Assembly (NCBI GenBank): GCA_023205875.1
Contig: CP060757.1
Span: forward strand, 1,240,001 to 1,304,000
From: Chloropicon primus
Lineage: Eukaryota
Length of the DNA stretch: 64,000 bases
Direction of reading: 5' to 3'
Part shown: positions 28,589-39,528 of the stretch, piece after piece
How positions within the stretch are numbered: position 1 is the stretch's first letter
How the letters are laid out: every line of letters begins with the position of its first letter
The notes under the pieces: generated by a model
Seen by the model: only the letters and a program-made list of their open reading frames with translations
The model's database searches: none
Told to the model about the DNA's origin: nothing
Made by a program: the position numbers and the translations under genes

Positions 28589-29273
28589 CCTTCCTTCGGC
28601 ACGATCAGCGACCGGCACCGCTACTCCTCATGCGGACGCGACGACGACCACCAAGGAACCGAACGGATAATCCTAGCTCGCAGGAAGGAGGTGTAATAAT
28701 CCCGGAACGGTGGTGCTGATGTTGATGTTTGTGTGGAGGGAGGCGCGAGAGCGAGCGAGTTTTTTCCACGAACCCCGCAGCCACTTCTCCACCAAGTAGT
28801 AGAGCACCTTCACCAAAGGAAGGAAAGGAAAGGAAGGTCACTTCAGGCTCACTTCAGTTCGCGCGCGCGTCGTCGTCGTCGACTCCTTCCCCCAAAGCCT
28901 CGTCGAGGTCTCCTCTCCTTACGGATCAGGCATCAGGAGATTGATTTTATCGTGATGAACGTCGCTCGACGAACAGCAGATTTTTCGACAACGCGGGGCA
29001 CGCACGTGCCCATCGCGGGCAGTGCAAATCCTGTGTTGGGATTTGCGATTTTCCGTCGGCTCCTTTGATTCTCGTCGTTCGGGGGAGAGCAGAGCGTGGA
29101 CTGGAGGCGACGAGGGAGGGAGTTGACGAGGGACGACGACGACGAGGGTGGTTGTGGGGGACTGCGCGCGAGCGTGTCGTTGTGACGAGGGGTTTTCTTC
29201 TTCTTCTTCTTCCTTCCTTCCTTCTTCGACGAGTGGGGGTGGGGGTTTCTGTTCGTTCTTGCGTGCGTGCGTC

Positions 29274-29543
29274 ATGTCGGACAGGAAGGGGCTGCTTTCG
29301 GAACAGTTGTCGGGGTCGGTGGCGCAGCTGAGGAGGGTGTCCTTCGGGCGCGAGAAGAACCACGCGGAGATAAAGCAGATATTCTCGCAAGGGAGCCCGA
29401 CGATGGGGAGGAGCACCATCTTCGGGTGCTCGCCACCTGTGAGGGCGAGCAACCCGGTGCCGAGCGACAGCAAGTTCCTCAACAACTCCTCCTTCAACAC
29501 CATTTCCAGCCCGAGTCTGGAGTCCACCATGAAGTCGACGTGA
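29274..29543 (+). CDS. Small Ser-rich protein with plant-like SPPxRASNP motif (89 aa)
   Basis: FGCSPPVRASNPVPSDSKF resembles a motif in uncharacterised plant proteins; coding-like codon use. Confidence 0.55.
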   Translation: MSDRKGLLSEQLSGSVAQLRRVSFGREKNHAEIKQIFSQGSPTMGRSTIFGCSPPVRASNPVPSDSKFLNNSSFNTISSPSLESTMKST

Positions 29544-29741
29544 AGCCGTCGAGGGCGGGCGGGCGCGGTCGCGAGAGAGGAGCGTCTTTTTTAAGTAGAG
29601 AACGTCTTTTTTTTTTGTATTAATACCATAAAAACCATTCTGCTGTAGAAGCTTGCCCCTCCTTTCCCACAAGAGACCAGGACCTCGGCTCGCGTCGTCG
29701 AAGCTGCTTCCGGCGAGTGACTTTAGACTGGAGCGTGCGTC

Positions 29742-30620
29742 ATGAGGATGAGGGCGGCAACTGCTTGTGCTTGTGCGACGACGGGGAGGCCTTCGTCGCA
29801 CGCCCCCGGCCGGAGGGGAGCCAGGGGACACGCCGTCGTCTCGGCTTCCTCTTCGTCGTCGCCCGATCTCCCTCCTCTTTGTCGTCGTCGTGGTCATCAT
29901 CAACATCATCATCATCATCATCATCGTCGTCGCGGGCACCCTCGTTCCTTGGGCAACGATGCGGCCTACTCTGCGGCCTACTCTGCGGCCTCGCTCCACC
30001 GTCGCGCGCGCCCACCAGGCAGCTGCCGCGCGACCACCAACGGCGCGGGGGGGAGGAAGGAGGACTCGGCCAAGGAGAACCTGGGCAAGGTCGGGGCCCT
30101 GCTGAAGAAGTGCGGCTGGTTCGGGTTCTGGGGCCAGTTCGCGCTCATCACGGTCTCCGCGGTGATGACGGTCTTCTCGGTGATATTCACCAAGCCCTCC
30201 TCGGTGGCCGCCAAGCTCTCCCTCTACCTCGTGCTCATCGGCGTCCTCGCGGGGTTCTTCAGCACGTACTGGACCTTCGGGTACGTCCAGCTGTCGAGGA
30301 AGATCAGGAGGAGCGTCAAGGACGTGAGGAGCGCGCCGAAGAAGGCGGGGGTGCTGAGGAACCTCTCGGTCGGGATATCTGGAAACATCTTGGGGATGGG
30401 AACGACCCTGCTGGGAATGCAGGCCGTGGTCGGGTTCCTCGTGGCGAAGACGCTGGCAAACGCCACCGCGAACCCCTTCCTCTCCGGCGGTGCCGGGTCC
30501 TGGAACCCGGTCCTCGCCCTCGACGTCTTCCTGGTCCAGGCGGCCACCAACTGCCTGCTGAGCCACTTCATGTCCCTCTGCATGAACATGTGGCTGCAGA
30601 ACACGGTCAAGGCCGTGTGA
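29742..30620 (+). CDS. TIC21: Chloroplast inner-envelope TIC21/PIC1 (DUF3611)
   Basis: Transit peptide; FWGQ, LLGMQAVVGFLVAK, LALDVFLVQA..N..LSHF. Confidence 0.85.
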   Translation: MRMRAATACACATTGRPSSHAPGRRGARGHAVVSASSSSSPDLPPLCRRRGHHQHHHHHHHRRRGHPRSLGNDAAYSAAYSAASLHRRARPPGSCRATTNGAGGRKEDSAKENLGKVGALLKKCGWFGFWGQFALITVSAVMTVFSVIFTKPSSVAAKLSLYLVLIGVLAGFFSTYWTFGYVQLSRKIRRSVKDVRSAPKKAGVLRNLSVGISGNILGMGTTLLGMQAVVGFLVAKTLANATANPFLSGGAGSWNPVLALDVFLVQAATNCLLSHFMSLCMNMWLQNTVKAV

Positions 30621-30683
30621 CGATCTCGGACGGTTTTCCTCGTTCCGGTACGGCACAAGAACGAAATGTAATGGATTCTCTCT

Positions 30684-32675
30684 CTACCAATCGTTTACAG
30701 CGGCGTTCCTCCTGTTGACCTCCGCGATGTTCGCCAGCAAAGCCTTCATGACCTTGTTCCGCTTGCGGTCGTTGAGCGTCGCCTCGATCCTCTTCCTGCG
30801 GAGAGTGGGCTCCTCCTCCTCCTTCTTCTTCTTCCTCCTCCCCTTGCCCTCGGTCCTCCGCTTCTCCCTCAGCTCGTACTTCTTCCCCCCCGAGAGCTCC
30901 CTCAGGATGCTGTGGTTGGCCTCCTTGTCGAGCTCGCGCTGGGTCCTCGAGGAAGGGGGGGGCGCCGAGCCCCTCCTCTTGCCCCCCGCCTTCTGACGTG
31001 TCGCTCCCCCCCCGAGAGGCCTCCCCTCCGCGTCCCTCGGGACGACGGGACCATGGAACGGGCAGATCTTCTTGTCCCTCCTCTGGCAGAGGCCGCCGCC
31101 CGGCAGCCTCGCGCCGCAGATCGATATCTCGCCCGAGCTGGGGGCCTGGTAGAAGGACACCCTCCTGTTGAAGATGGCAGCCTTGTCGCTTGGCACCACC
31201 GCCGAGGCGTCCGTGGGCCCCCAGTGACCCTCGATCTCGAGCCCCCTGTCGTTGGCGAACACCTCGAGCTCCTCCCCCAAGGCGAGATTTTCCGGGTCCC
31301 TCACGAAAGGCGCGTCCTTCAGCAGCTTGGTCTTCGTCCCGGCGTCCAGAGTCAGGCGGCGCCCCCCTGCCTCTCGACTGCCGCTTGTCGCGTGGTCGGG
31401 CCTGTTTCCCGCTTCCCTCCTCTCTGGCTTCAAGGCGGGATCCCTCGGGAAGGCTGAGCTCTTTCCTGCGAGCCGCTTGCTGTCGGGCTTCCCCGCTCCC
31501 GCCGGATCTCTCGAGCCCAAACCCCCTTCCTCCCCCCCCGGGGCGACCGCGTCCTCGAACTCGACCCCGTCCTCGAGCTCCTCCTGGCTCACCCCCTCCT
31601 CCTCCCGTCCCGCGGCGTCCGTCGACTCGCCCCCCTCGAAGTCCGGAAACGCCGACCCCGTGAACACCACGTCCCAAAGAAGCCTGCTTCTCGCTTGGAC
31701 GTCCTGAATCTTTTGCCGCAGGCTCACCGTGTCCTGCAGCAGGATCTGGTGCGACCTCCTCATGTCCGACCAGCTGGGGTCGGACTCTCTCAGCACCTCG
31801 TGCCACGACTGAAGCTTGCAGTAGAACCTTTTGCGGAGCTGGTTCAGCAGGCCCCGAAAGGTCTCCACGAAGCTCTTCTCGAGCGAGGAGGATGCCTTGC
31901 CGCCCTTCGCGCCAGAGGAGGACTCGCCCTCCCACTCCCCCACGGCGTAAAGGGAGAGGCCCTCGCAGTGCTGGTCGCAATCCCCTTCGCCGCTGCTCGA
32001 GTCGCCGCCGCCGTCGTCGTCGTCCTCAGCAGCCGCCACGCTCTCCTCCAGCAGCGACAGCAGCGTCTCCGTTTCCGCGACCACGGCCAGACACTCCGCC
32101 TTGAGGTCCGGAAGCTCCTGAAGGATTTGGAGCACCCTGTCGTGCAACTCCCTCTGGTGGCTCTCGCTTCTTCTCGTGCGGGTGCTGCCGCTGCCCCCCT
32201 GGCGCTCCGCAGTCCCCGCAAGGAAGCTCGACACGTACCTCTGCGCGTGCCCGAGAGGCCTGTAGAAGGCTCCGAACCTCGTGGTCCACTCCGCGAGCAC
32301 CTCCCGAGTCCTCTGCCTCAGCCTCTCCGCGCTCCCCCGGGGCGGGGGCAAGGCCGCTTTCGCCTTTATTCCCACCGCGAGGTCCAGGATCTCGTTCAGG
32401 CTCTCCACCATGTGGTCCCGGAACACCTTGGATCGTACGAAGAGCTCGTGCGCGACCTCCAGGGCGAGGAGCCGAGTCGCCGAGCTGTCAGCGGACATCC
32501 TCTCCATCAGCACGTCGTACGCTCTGCACACGAGGGACTCGGACTTCTTGACGAGCCGCTTGACGTCGCCCACCACAGCGGCACCAGGCCTTCCCCCCTC
32601 GTTGTCCTCGCTCTCGGCATCCGTCGCCGCATTCAGGAGCTCCTCCAGCTTGTACGCCGCGTTCAAGTCCAGCAT
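30684..32675 (-). CDS. UVSSA: UV-stimulated scaffold protein A
   Basis: VHS-like N-terminus (ELFVRSKVFR, LPPP..AERLR); C-terminal CQRRDKKICPFHGPVVPRD. Confidence 0.88.
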   Translation of the reverse strand: MLDLNAAYKLEELLNAATDAESEDNEGGRPGAAVVGDVKRLVKKSESLVCRAYDVLMERMSADSSATRLLALEVAHELFVRSKVFRDHMVESLNEILDLAVGIKAKAALPPPRGSAERLRQRTREVLAEWTTRFGAFYRPLGHAQRYVSSFLAGTAERQGGSGSTRTRRSESHQRELHDRVLQILQELPDLKAECLAVVAETETLLSLLEESVAAAEDDDDGGGDSSSGEGDCDQHCEGLSLYAVGEWEGESSSGAKGGKASSSLEKSFVETFRGLLNQLRKRFYCKLQSWHEVLRESDPSWSDMRRSHQILLQDTVSLRQKIQDVQARSRLLWDVVFTGSAFPDFEGGESTDAAGREEEGVSQEELEDGVEFEDAVAPGGEEGGLGSRDPAGAGKPDSKRLAGKSSAFPRDPALKPERREAGNRPDHATSGSREAGGRRLTLDAGTKTKLLKDAPFVRDPENLALGEELEVFANDRGLEIEGHWGPTDASAVVPSDKAAIFNRRVSFYQAPSSGEISICGARLPGGGLCQRRDKKICPFHGPVVPRDAEGRPLGGGATRQKAGGKRRGSAPPPSSRTQRELDKEANHSILRELSGGKKYELREKRRTEGKGRRKKKKEEEEPTLRRKRIEATLNDRKRNKVMKALLANIAEVNRRNAAVNDW

Positions 32676-32917
32676 CTCACACGACGACCTTTAACGATTT
32701 TTTTTGTGGTACTCTCTCATACTAACATACTATCTCTATCTCTCCTCCCCCGAGTTGGCGCCAGCCAGACCCAAAGCTTTCGCGTCCCGCCCGCAAAGCT
32801 CCCCCACCCCCCCGCACCCCCTCCCCTCCCCCTTGCACCTCGCCCCACCTCCGCCCCGATCAATCGAAGCTCTCGAGGACATCGTCATCGTCCCCCTCCC
32901 CCAAAAGCCGTGCGGTT

Positions 32918-32920
<3 letters not shown>

Positions 32921-32963
<43 letters not shown>

Positions 32964-33144
32964 CCGGCTTTTGTCCTCTCTCCTTTTCTGCTCGGCTGGG
33001 CTCGACTCGGCTTCCTGGTGTGTGTGTGTGTGTGTGTGAGGTGACAGTGGAGGGAGCGCGCAAAGTGCGTGGGTCGGCGTAACTCGCGGGACGTGTGGTT
33101 TTTGTCACCACCAAACTGAACTGAACTGAACTGAACTGAACTGA
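32921..33144. repeat. Microsatellite cluster (GA)n, (GT)n, (AACTG)n in a divergent promoter
   Basis: (AG)20 at 32921-32960, (GT)n ~33018-33038, (AACTG)n 33114-33144. Confidence 0.9.
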
Positions 33145-33146
33145 CC

Positions 33147-34127
33147 ATGAAGGGAGAGGCGTGGGCGAAGAGGGGAGGGGCGGGGAGTGCGGGGGAGAGT
33201 TGCGGCAAGGCTGGGAGGGGGGTGGTGTCCGTGGCGAGGGGTTTGGGCGCCGCGCGAAGCAGCAGCGCGAGGGGTGGAGGGGAAGGTGCGGGAGGGGGGC
33301 AGACGGCGGGAGGTGCCTCCGTCGCGAGGAGGAGAGGGGGGGGCGCGAGGGGGGAGAGGCGCTGCATCATCGGATGCTCGGCGCTCACGTCCAAGGGGGT
33401 CTACGCCTCGTCCTCCGCGAGGAAGGAGTACGGGAGCCCCCCGAAGTTGAACTCGATGGTGGCGCCCACCAGGAGGAGCGCGGAGGCCTCCGTCGAGAAC
33501 GGGGAGTGCTTCCCCGCAATGGTCTCGGTGTCTAACGACGCGGACCCTCGCGCGACGAGGATCAACGTCTCCGTCGTGGACTTCCCCGGCTTGCTTCGGG
33601 TGGTTTCCTGGGTGCTGACGGGCCTGGAGCTCACGGTAGAGCGCGCGAAGCTGTCGACGACGGACGGGATGGCGAGCCAGGAGTTCTTCGTGACGGACGT
33701 CCGGGGAAGGAAGGTCCAGGACACGAGGGCCCTCGGGGAGAGGATCGCGCAGTTCGTGCAGCACTGCGCCCCGGACGAGGAGGCCATGCACGCGAAGAAG
33801 TTCCGGGAGGGGCGCATCGTGATCGACAACGAGGAGGACGAGAATTTCACCGTCATCTCCATCGACAGCGGGGAAAAGGACGCCCCCGGCCTGCTGCTTT
33901 CCATAGCCTCCACCGTCTCCGCCCTCGGGATCACGATCGACAGCGCGAGCATCTGCACCGAGTGCGAGCACTTTTCGGGCGGGCGCTACTTTCGGTTCCT
34001 GGTCCACAAGATCGGCGGAAGCAAGCTCGACTACGTCGAGGCCTCGGGCGCCCTCTTCACCCTGAGCCTGGTCATGGAGAGCGCGACCGTCGGGTCCCAC
34101 CCCATTCACGCGTCCAGGCTCCACTGA
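33147..34127 (+). CDS. ACT-domain protein (two ACT repeats)
   Basis: DFPGLLRVVSWVLTGLELTVERAKLST and DAPGLLLSIASTVSALGITIDSASICT. Confidence 0.8.
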   Translation: MKGEAWAKRGGAGSAGESCGKAGRGVVSVARGLGAARSSSARGGGEGAGGGQTAGGASVARRRGGGARGERRCIIGCSALTSKGVYASSSARKEYGSPPKLNSMVAPTRRSAEASVENGECFPAMVSVSNDADPRATRINVSVVDFPGLLRVVSWVLTGLELTVERAKLSTTDGMASQEFFVTDVRGRKVQDTRALGERIAQFVQHCAPDEEAMHAKKFREGRIVIDNEEDENFTVISIDSGEKDAPGLLLSIASTVSALGITIDSASICTECEHFSGGRYFRFLVHKIGGSKLDYVEASGALFTLSLVMESATVGSHPIHASRLH

Positions 34128-34255
34128 CCAGGACGGGGGGTCAAACCCAAACCAAAAACTTTTGTAATTCATTCACTTTTCTCTCTTGGATTTTCCCGCG
34201 CGACCTCTGGGGGGAAGAGCAGAGAGCTCTGGTCGATCGAGCGATCGGGGCGATC

Positions 34256-36010
34256 ATGGAGTGGGTGACGGTGACAACGAGCGCGTCGGTGGAGAAGCCA
34301 GAGGAAGTGGTGGCCCTCTTCCACCTGACGAGGGACTTCGCGGCCAAGCATCTCCCGCTGCAGGCGATAAAATGCCTCGAGGCCGTGGTGGGGGCGCAAC
34401 CCCCTTTCCTGCCCCAAATCGAAGCGGAAGCGAGGGCGAACCTGGCGATCTTTCTCCTGAGGTACACGCACAACGCCAGGGAGGCGAAGGTCCACCTGGA
34501 GCAGGCCCTTAGGACCGCGGAGGACCTCCCGGTGTCCCTCACTTTCGTGTGCAAGGTCATCTCCTTGCTGATCGCGTGCCTGGGCAAGCTGCAATCGCCG
34601 GTCCAGCAGAAGCAGGTCTTGGCCAAAGGACTGGACCTGGTGAGGGCGGATCAGCTCCAGTTCGAGGGCGCGACCGAGGGGGAGAAGACCCGGTGGTACC
34701 TGGTGTTCCAGGCCCACCTGGCGCAGATATTGGTGGACGAGGGCGACAAGCAGGCAGCACTCGAGATGGCCCGGGAGTCCAAGAAGGAGATCAAGGGGAG
34801 GTGCGCACCCCTGGTGCAGATTCAGACGGAGCTGACGGTCTTGCAGCTCACGCTCGTGGCTCAGGACTATCACAGGGCGGCGGAGCAGTTGGATATCTGC
34901 GAGGAGGCGCTCAAGATGTGCGACACGCAGGACGCGCTCGAGAGCTGGGCTTACTTCCACCTCCTGCACTCCCTGTACAACCTGAGGGTAGGCAAGCACG
35001 TGGACTTGAAGAAGTCTTTGGGCTGTGCCCAGAAGAAGATCTACGCGCTGAGGCAGAGCCAGGTCGTGGCCAAGCTCATTCCCCCAGACTTTCTTGAGGT
35101 GCTTCACTGTCTGCTGGTTTCGATATATTTCAGGCTCTCTGGGGACTTCAGGGACGAGAAGAGCAAGGTGCTCGAGGCTCACTCCATGATAAAGAAGCGG
35201 TCCGTCCTGATGAGCTCGAACTACAATGACGCGGTGTCCAAGCCCTTTTACATCACCCTCACGTTTCTCGTGGTGGAGTCTGAGATCATCTCCAGCTTGA
35301 CTCGGGGCAACATCAAGGAGGCGATGAGCAACATCATGAGGATCGCCAACATGGTACACAGGTACCCGGAGACCCTGGTGGGCTTGGAATCGTCTGTGTA
35401 CTTGCTGATGGGCTCCGTGAACATTCTTTGCGGAAACCATGGGAGCGCGGAGAAGCACATGAAGCTGGCTCTGGACTCTTCCTCCGATGACTACCAAAGC
35501 AATCTCGCGAAGCTTCAGATGTGCCTCATCTGTCTTGAGAACGACATGCTGTCGACCTCCGAGGCGGCCGATCGGATCCAGGAGCTCTCCGTGTCGTTCA
35601 AGGAAGAGGAGAGGGGGTACCCGGCCTTCCTCCTCTGCGAGGTCGCCCTGGCTTTGGCGCAGGAGGACGTCGGCGGTGCGAAAAAGATAGTGCAGGACCT
35701 CATCGCCAGGGCGAATCACAAGGGAGACCGGCAGCTGCTTGCCTTGGGCCTCGTAGAGTACGCCAAAGTTCTGGTTCTGGAGGGGGACACTACCCTATCG
35801 AAGCAGGTCGTCGACAGTGCAAAGGGTTTGGCGACTCACCTTCAACACCTCCCCACGCTGCTCCACGTCCTGACATTCTCGAATCAGAACATGAGGCAGG
35901 AGGAGGTGCTGCCCATTGTGCTGCAAAAGTGGAAAAAAACCGTGGCAACGGGCATCACCAACATAGCGGAGACAAAGTGCGATGAAATCATGCAGGGGCT
36001 GGTCAAGTAA
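34256..36010 (+). CDS. MAU2: Cohesin loader subunit MAU2/SCC4
   Basis: AIKCLEA..FLPQIEAEAR..LLRYTHN..EAKVHLEQA N-terminus; TPR-like helical body. Confidence 0.82.
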   Translation: MEWVTVTTSASVEKPEEVVALFHLTRDFAAKHLPLQAIKCLEAVVGAQPPFLPQIEAEARANLAIFLLRYTHNAREAKVHLEQALRTAEDLPVSLTFVCKVISLLIACLGKLQSPVQQKQVLAKGLDLVRADQLQFEGATEGEKTRWYLVFQAHLAQILVDEGDKQAALEMARESKKEIKGRCAPLVQIQTELTVLQLTLVAQDYHRAAEQLDICEEALKMCDTQDALESWAYFHLLHSLYNLRVGKHVDLKKSLGCAQKKIYALRQSQVVAKLIPPDFLEVLHCLLVSIYFRLSGDFRDEKSKVLEAHSMIKKRSVLMSSNYNDAVSKPFYITLTFLVVESEIISSLTRGNIKEAMSNIMRIANMVHRYPETLVGLESSVYLLMGSVNILCGNHGSAEKHMKLALDSSSDDYQSNLAKLQMCLICLENDMLSTSEAADRIQELSVSFKEEERGYPAFLLCEVALALAQEDVGGAKKIVQDLIARANHKGDRQLLALGLVEYAKVLVLEGDTTLSKQVVDSAKGLATHLQHLPTLLHVLTFSNQNMRQEEVLPIVLQKWKKTVATGITNIAETKCDEIMQGLVK

Positions 36011-36057
36011 TTTCAATTTCTCGTTATATATACACTCAAACATTATGAAATACTGTT

Positions 36058-38856
36058 TCATAACTTTGGCGCAACAGCTTGCCTCGCGCTCGCCTCCTCC
36101 CCGACAACGTTGCAGTACCTCTCGAGCCACACTTCCATTTCGTGCAGGCAGTGCAAGACAGACTCCTTCGCCCGGTATCCATGGCTTTCGTGAGGCAACA
36201 GAACGAGCTTGCTTGGGACCCCGTGGCCCTTCAAGGCCGAGAAGAAGCGCTCGCTCTGTATCTTTGAAGTCCCAGTGTTGTTGTCCTCATCCCCGTGAAT
36301 GAGAAGGATTGGCTTTGTGATCTCGTCGGCGTACAGGTAGGGTGACATCTTCATGTAGGTTTCCTTGGCCTGCCAAATCGTCCTTTCCTCTGCCTGAAAT
36401 CCAAAGGGGGTCAAGGTCCTGTTGTACGCGCCACTTCTGGCTATGCCACAGCAAAACAAGTCTGGGGCGTGTGCGAGCAAGTTAGCGGTCATGAAGGCTC
36501 CATACGAGTGGCCGCCAACGGCAACGGCGTTTCTGTCCGCAACACCCAGCTCCACCACCTTGTCGATGGCGGCCTCTGCGCTAGTCACAAGCTGCTTCAC
36601 AAAGGTATCGTTGGGCTCTTCGTCGTCCTCCCCGATGATGGGAAAGGTGGGCCCATCCAAAATCGCGTACTTCTGCGCCAAGAACAAGAGTGGAGACGTG
36701 CCACCAATGTACGAGAAAGTGAAGGAGGACTTTCTGATTTGCCCGGCAGCTTCCTTGGACTTGAATTCTCGAGGATACGCCCACAAAAGACAGGGGATCG
36801 GGCCATCCCTCTGTGCGTCATAGCCCGGCGGAGTGTAAAGCGTCGCAGTGAGATCCGTGCCGTCCTCGCGCTTGTACCTGAGAACCTTCTTTTGCAAGTC
36901 TTTCAGGTCCGGGTGGGGGTGGGGAAAGTCCGAGAGCAACTTCTCGGACGGCTCGCTGTCGAACCCATTCGGCCAAGAGATTGTCGAGTACTGCGAGGGC
37001 TCGTTTGGGTTCTCTCTCGACAGGAGGAAGGACACGTCATCCAGAGCGAAATCCTCTCCGTCTCCGTCGCACATGAAGCTCCCGACGCTCTCGTAATTAG
37101 GATCCTTGCTTTCCCATATTCTCTTGCTGGTGCGCGTTTGCAGGTCAAACAGGTCCAAGAACGGGTGGTTCCCTTTGGGAGAGTACCCCTCGCCCTCCAG
37201 CAGGATGTACCTGTCGTCCTCGAAAGTGGCGAGAACCGACCGCCTCATCTTGTTCTTCCTCGTAACTGGGACGCCAGGGTCTGAATACGCGTCCTCGTAG
37301 TTTCTGTCGAAAAGAATCTCCTTGGGCTTCTCCGGGGAGCCAGGCGAGAATTGGTACCAAACGGAGCGCCTCGTCTTCCACCAGGAAGCCCACCCAAACG
37401 CAAGGTCGTCGTTGCACCAAAGGATCCCACTGAACCTCAAGTCGGTGTGAAAGAAAGGCTCGGGGGTTTTGCCGCTCACGAAATCGCTTGCGCTCACCTT
37501 GTAGACAACATCCCTCTCCCCGCCCTCCTCGACCTCGACCTTGGGGTCTCCCTCATCCGCTGCGATAGTGTACACGAGCTCCGCTGGCTTGTCATCCCTC
37601 CACTGGATGTCCCTCGGGCCCCTCCTGCAGGAGTTGAAGGAGATCGGTATGTCCTCCGCAAGCGGGAGGTAGGCGATCTCCCTCAGCATCTCGCCCTCGC
37701 GCGACCACAGCTCCACCCTCTTCGGGAACCTCCCGCAAGGCACCGCATACGAGAAGGGCCTCTCGATGTAGGAGATGATGACGTACTTCTTGTCCGGAGA
37801 GGGGCTCATTCTGGTGTAGATCCTGGACTCGTCGCTGAAAGGCTTGACCTCCCCCGTGGAGATCTTCACGGCGACCAAGTCAGACGTCGTGTAGTGCTCG
37901 AAAGAGGCGCAGTCGTACTCGTCCCTCAGCAAGTCCGGGTAAGTCCTGGACTGCTTGGAGGTGGTGCTCTCGTTCACCTGGACCAGCGGGCCGCCAGGAA
38001 CGACGGGCTTGGTCGGCGGCGCGCCGTGGTCCAACCCGCTCGGAACCACGGACACGAGAATTTCGTCAGGACTCAGCCAAGAGTAAGTCCCGAACACAGC
38101 GGACATGTAGTACTTTGGGGTCTCCAGGAGCTGCCTCGCCTCCCCCGTCTCCGTGCTCGCGACCCACAGGGAGAAGGGCTCGTCCTCCGTCTCGCCATCC
38201 GTGCTGCGCAGGAAGAAAGCAATGTGCTTCCCGTCCGGAGACCAGGACGCGTAGTTAATGCCGGTCTTCTCCGGAATTCCCGTGATCGGCATGTCCTTGC
38301 CAGGCTTTGGGGGAAGCAGCTCCGTCAGAGGCACGAGGGACATCCCCAAGTAGGACGTCATCTTGCTAGGAGCGCGCAGGTTCGGGTCGAGCCTGGCGCC
38401 CGCCAGCTTGAGCTCCTTTCGAACGAAGTCCGCCAGCGGGGGATTGGAGGGCGGCCTCAGCAGCTGAAGGACCCTCGTCTTGCACGGGCTGAAGGACAGC
38501 ATCGGAGTGGGAGGAGCAGTCACGATCTTCTTGATCGTCTCGCTTGGCTCGCAGTACGTGCTCGCGTCCGCGCCGTTCTGGCTCGCGCCGGCCGCCTGCG
38601 TCCTCACCCAACCGATCCCATCCCCACGTCGGGAACCCATCCCCACGCCCCCCGACCTCGACAACGCCCCTCGGCCTACCACACCCCGACCCTCAGCATC
38701 CCTCGCCCCACGGCCCACCAGCCTCTCTCCCCCTCCCTTCCGTTCCCTCTCCCACCCCGTCGCCCTCGCCAGGTGCCTCCCGCGGCTCTGCGCTACGACC
38801 CGTCCCCTCGTTAACCTCCCGGCCAACCACTCCCTCCCTCTATATATCCTAGCCAT
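36058..38856 (-). CDS. S9D glutamyl endopeptidase (chloroplast CGEP-like)
   Basis: WAYPREFKS, GGHSYGAFMTANLLAHAP, ARSGAYNRTLTPFGFQ, IHGDEDNN, HESHGY. Confidence 0.92.
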   Translation of the reverse strand: MARIYRGREWLAGRLTRGRVVAQSRGRHLARATGWERERKGGGERLVGRGARDAEGRGVVGRGALSRSGGVGMGSRRGDGIGWVRTQAAGASQNGADASTYCEPSETIKKIVTAPPTPMLSFSPCKTRVLQLLRPPSNPPLADFVRKELKLAGARLDPNLRAPSKMTSYLGMSLVPLTELLPPKPGKDMPITGIPEKTGINYASWSPDGKHIAFFLRSTDGETEDEPFSLWVASTETGEARQLLETPKYYMSAVFGTYSWLSPDEILVSVVPSGLDHGAPPTKPVVPGGPLVQVNESTTSKQSRTYPDLLRDEYDCASFEHYTTSDLVAVKISTGEVKPFSDESRIYTRMSPSPDKKYVIISYIERPFSYAVPCGRFPKRVELWSREGEMLREIAYLPLAEDIPISFNSCRRGPRDIQWRDDKPAELVYTIAADEGDPKVEVEEGGERDVVYKVSASDFVSGKTPEPFFHTDLRFSGILWCNDDLAFGWASWWKTRRSVWYQFSPGSPEKPKEILFDRNYEDAYSDPGVPVTRKNKMRRSVLATFEDDRYILLEGEGYSPKGNHPFLDLFDLQTRTSKRIWESKDPNYESVGSFMCDGDGEDFALDDVSFLLSRENPNEPSQYSTISWPNGFDSEPSEKLLSDFPHPHPDLKDLQKKVLRYKREDGTDLTATLYTPPGYDAQRDGPIPCLLWAYPREFKSKEAAGQIRKSSFTFSYIGGTSPLLFLAQKYAILDGPTFPIIGEDDEEPNDTFVKQLVTSAEAAIDKVVELGVADRNAVAVGGHSYGAFMTANLLAHAPDLFCCGIARSGAYNRTLTPFGFQAEERTIWQAKETYMKMSPYLYADEITKPILLIHGDEDNNTGTSKIQSERFFSALKGHGVPSKLVLLPHESHGYRAKESVLHCLHEMEVWLERYCNVVGEEASARQAVAPKL

Positions 38857-39148
38857 CGCGCCTACCCACCGCTATAACCCCCCCCCGGGTTCGATCACCT
38901 CCAATCCTCTGATGAAAAGACCTTGGAGCCTCGAGCGCGAGGAGAGAGAGAGAGAGATAGGAGAGGAGAGGAGAGGAGATTTGATGATTGCCAAGCACGT
39001 GCCCTTTTTGTCTGTTCTTTTTTTGCCTTTCCAAGAGGAAGGAGGCCATCCCTCTCTCTCTCTCTCCCTGTTGGTCTTAGACTCTTGTTGGTCCACAAGA
39101 GGGGCATTAATATGTTGTTATAGGGAACGTAGATTGTTTTCTTTTCTC

Positions 39149-39149
<1 letters not shown>

Positions 39150-39199
<50 letters not shown>
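39150..39199. repeat. (GA)n microsatellite
   Basis: About 25 GA units. Confidence 0.9.
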
Positions 39200-39202
<3 letters not shown>

Positions 39203-39528
39203 GGGGATCGAACATCAAGCAAGGAGGGGAGTTCAGTTTGAGCGATCGAGGGAGGAGAATGAGTGGGAGGGAATAGGGTGTCCGCCTACGTATCAAAGGG
39301 CTTGGAGTCAGCGAGGCGCACTGTTGTTTGGCGACCCAAACGCAGAGGAGACTGGGTCAAAGGTGAAATCTTGGCTTTCGTCTTTGGGTCGGGAAGAGAC
39401 TATCGTTTCGTGAAAGTCCCTCAGGTTTCTCTCTCTTCGCCCGTTTTATGTTTTAGTCAGAGTATCGACTTCTTTGGGAGACGGACGCGGGCGAGGGCAG
39501 CAACCTCGTGGCACTGTATTTGGTTTGG

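Noticed and set aside
28952..28958. C-box-like GTGATGA (snoRNA)
   Set aside because: No suitably placed CTGA D box or terminal stem found
35621..35633. 13-nt match (CCGGCCTTCCTCC) between the candidate guide (8718-8730) and the MAU2 CDS
   Set aside because: Short, GC/pyrimidine-rich and plausible by chance; guide start and TAM are unknown. Revisit only if the TAM fits the flank
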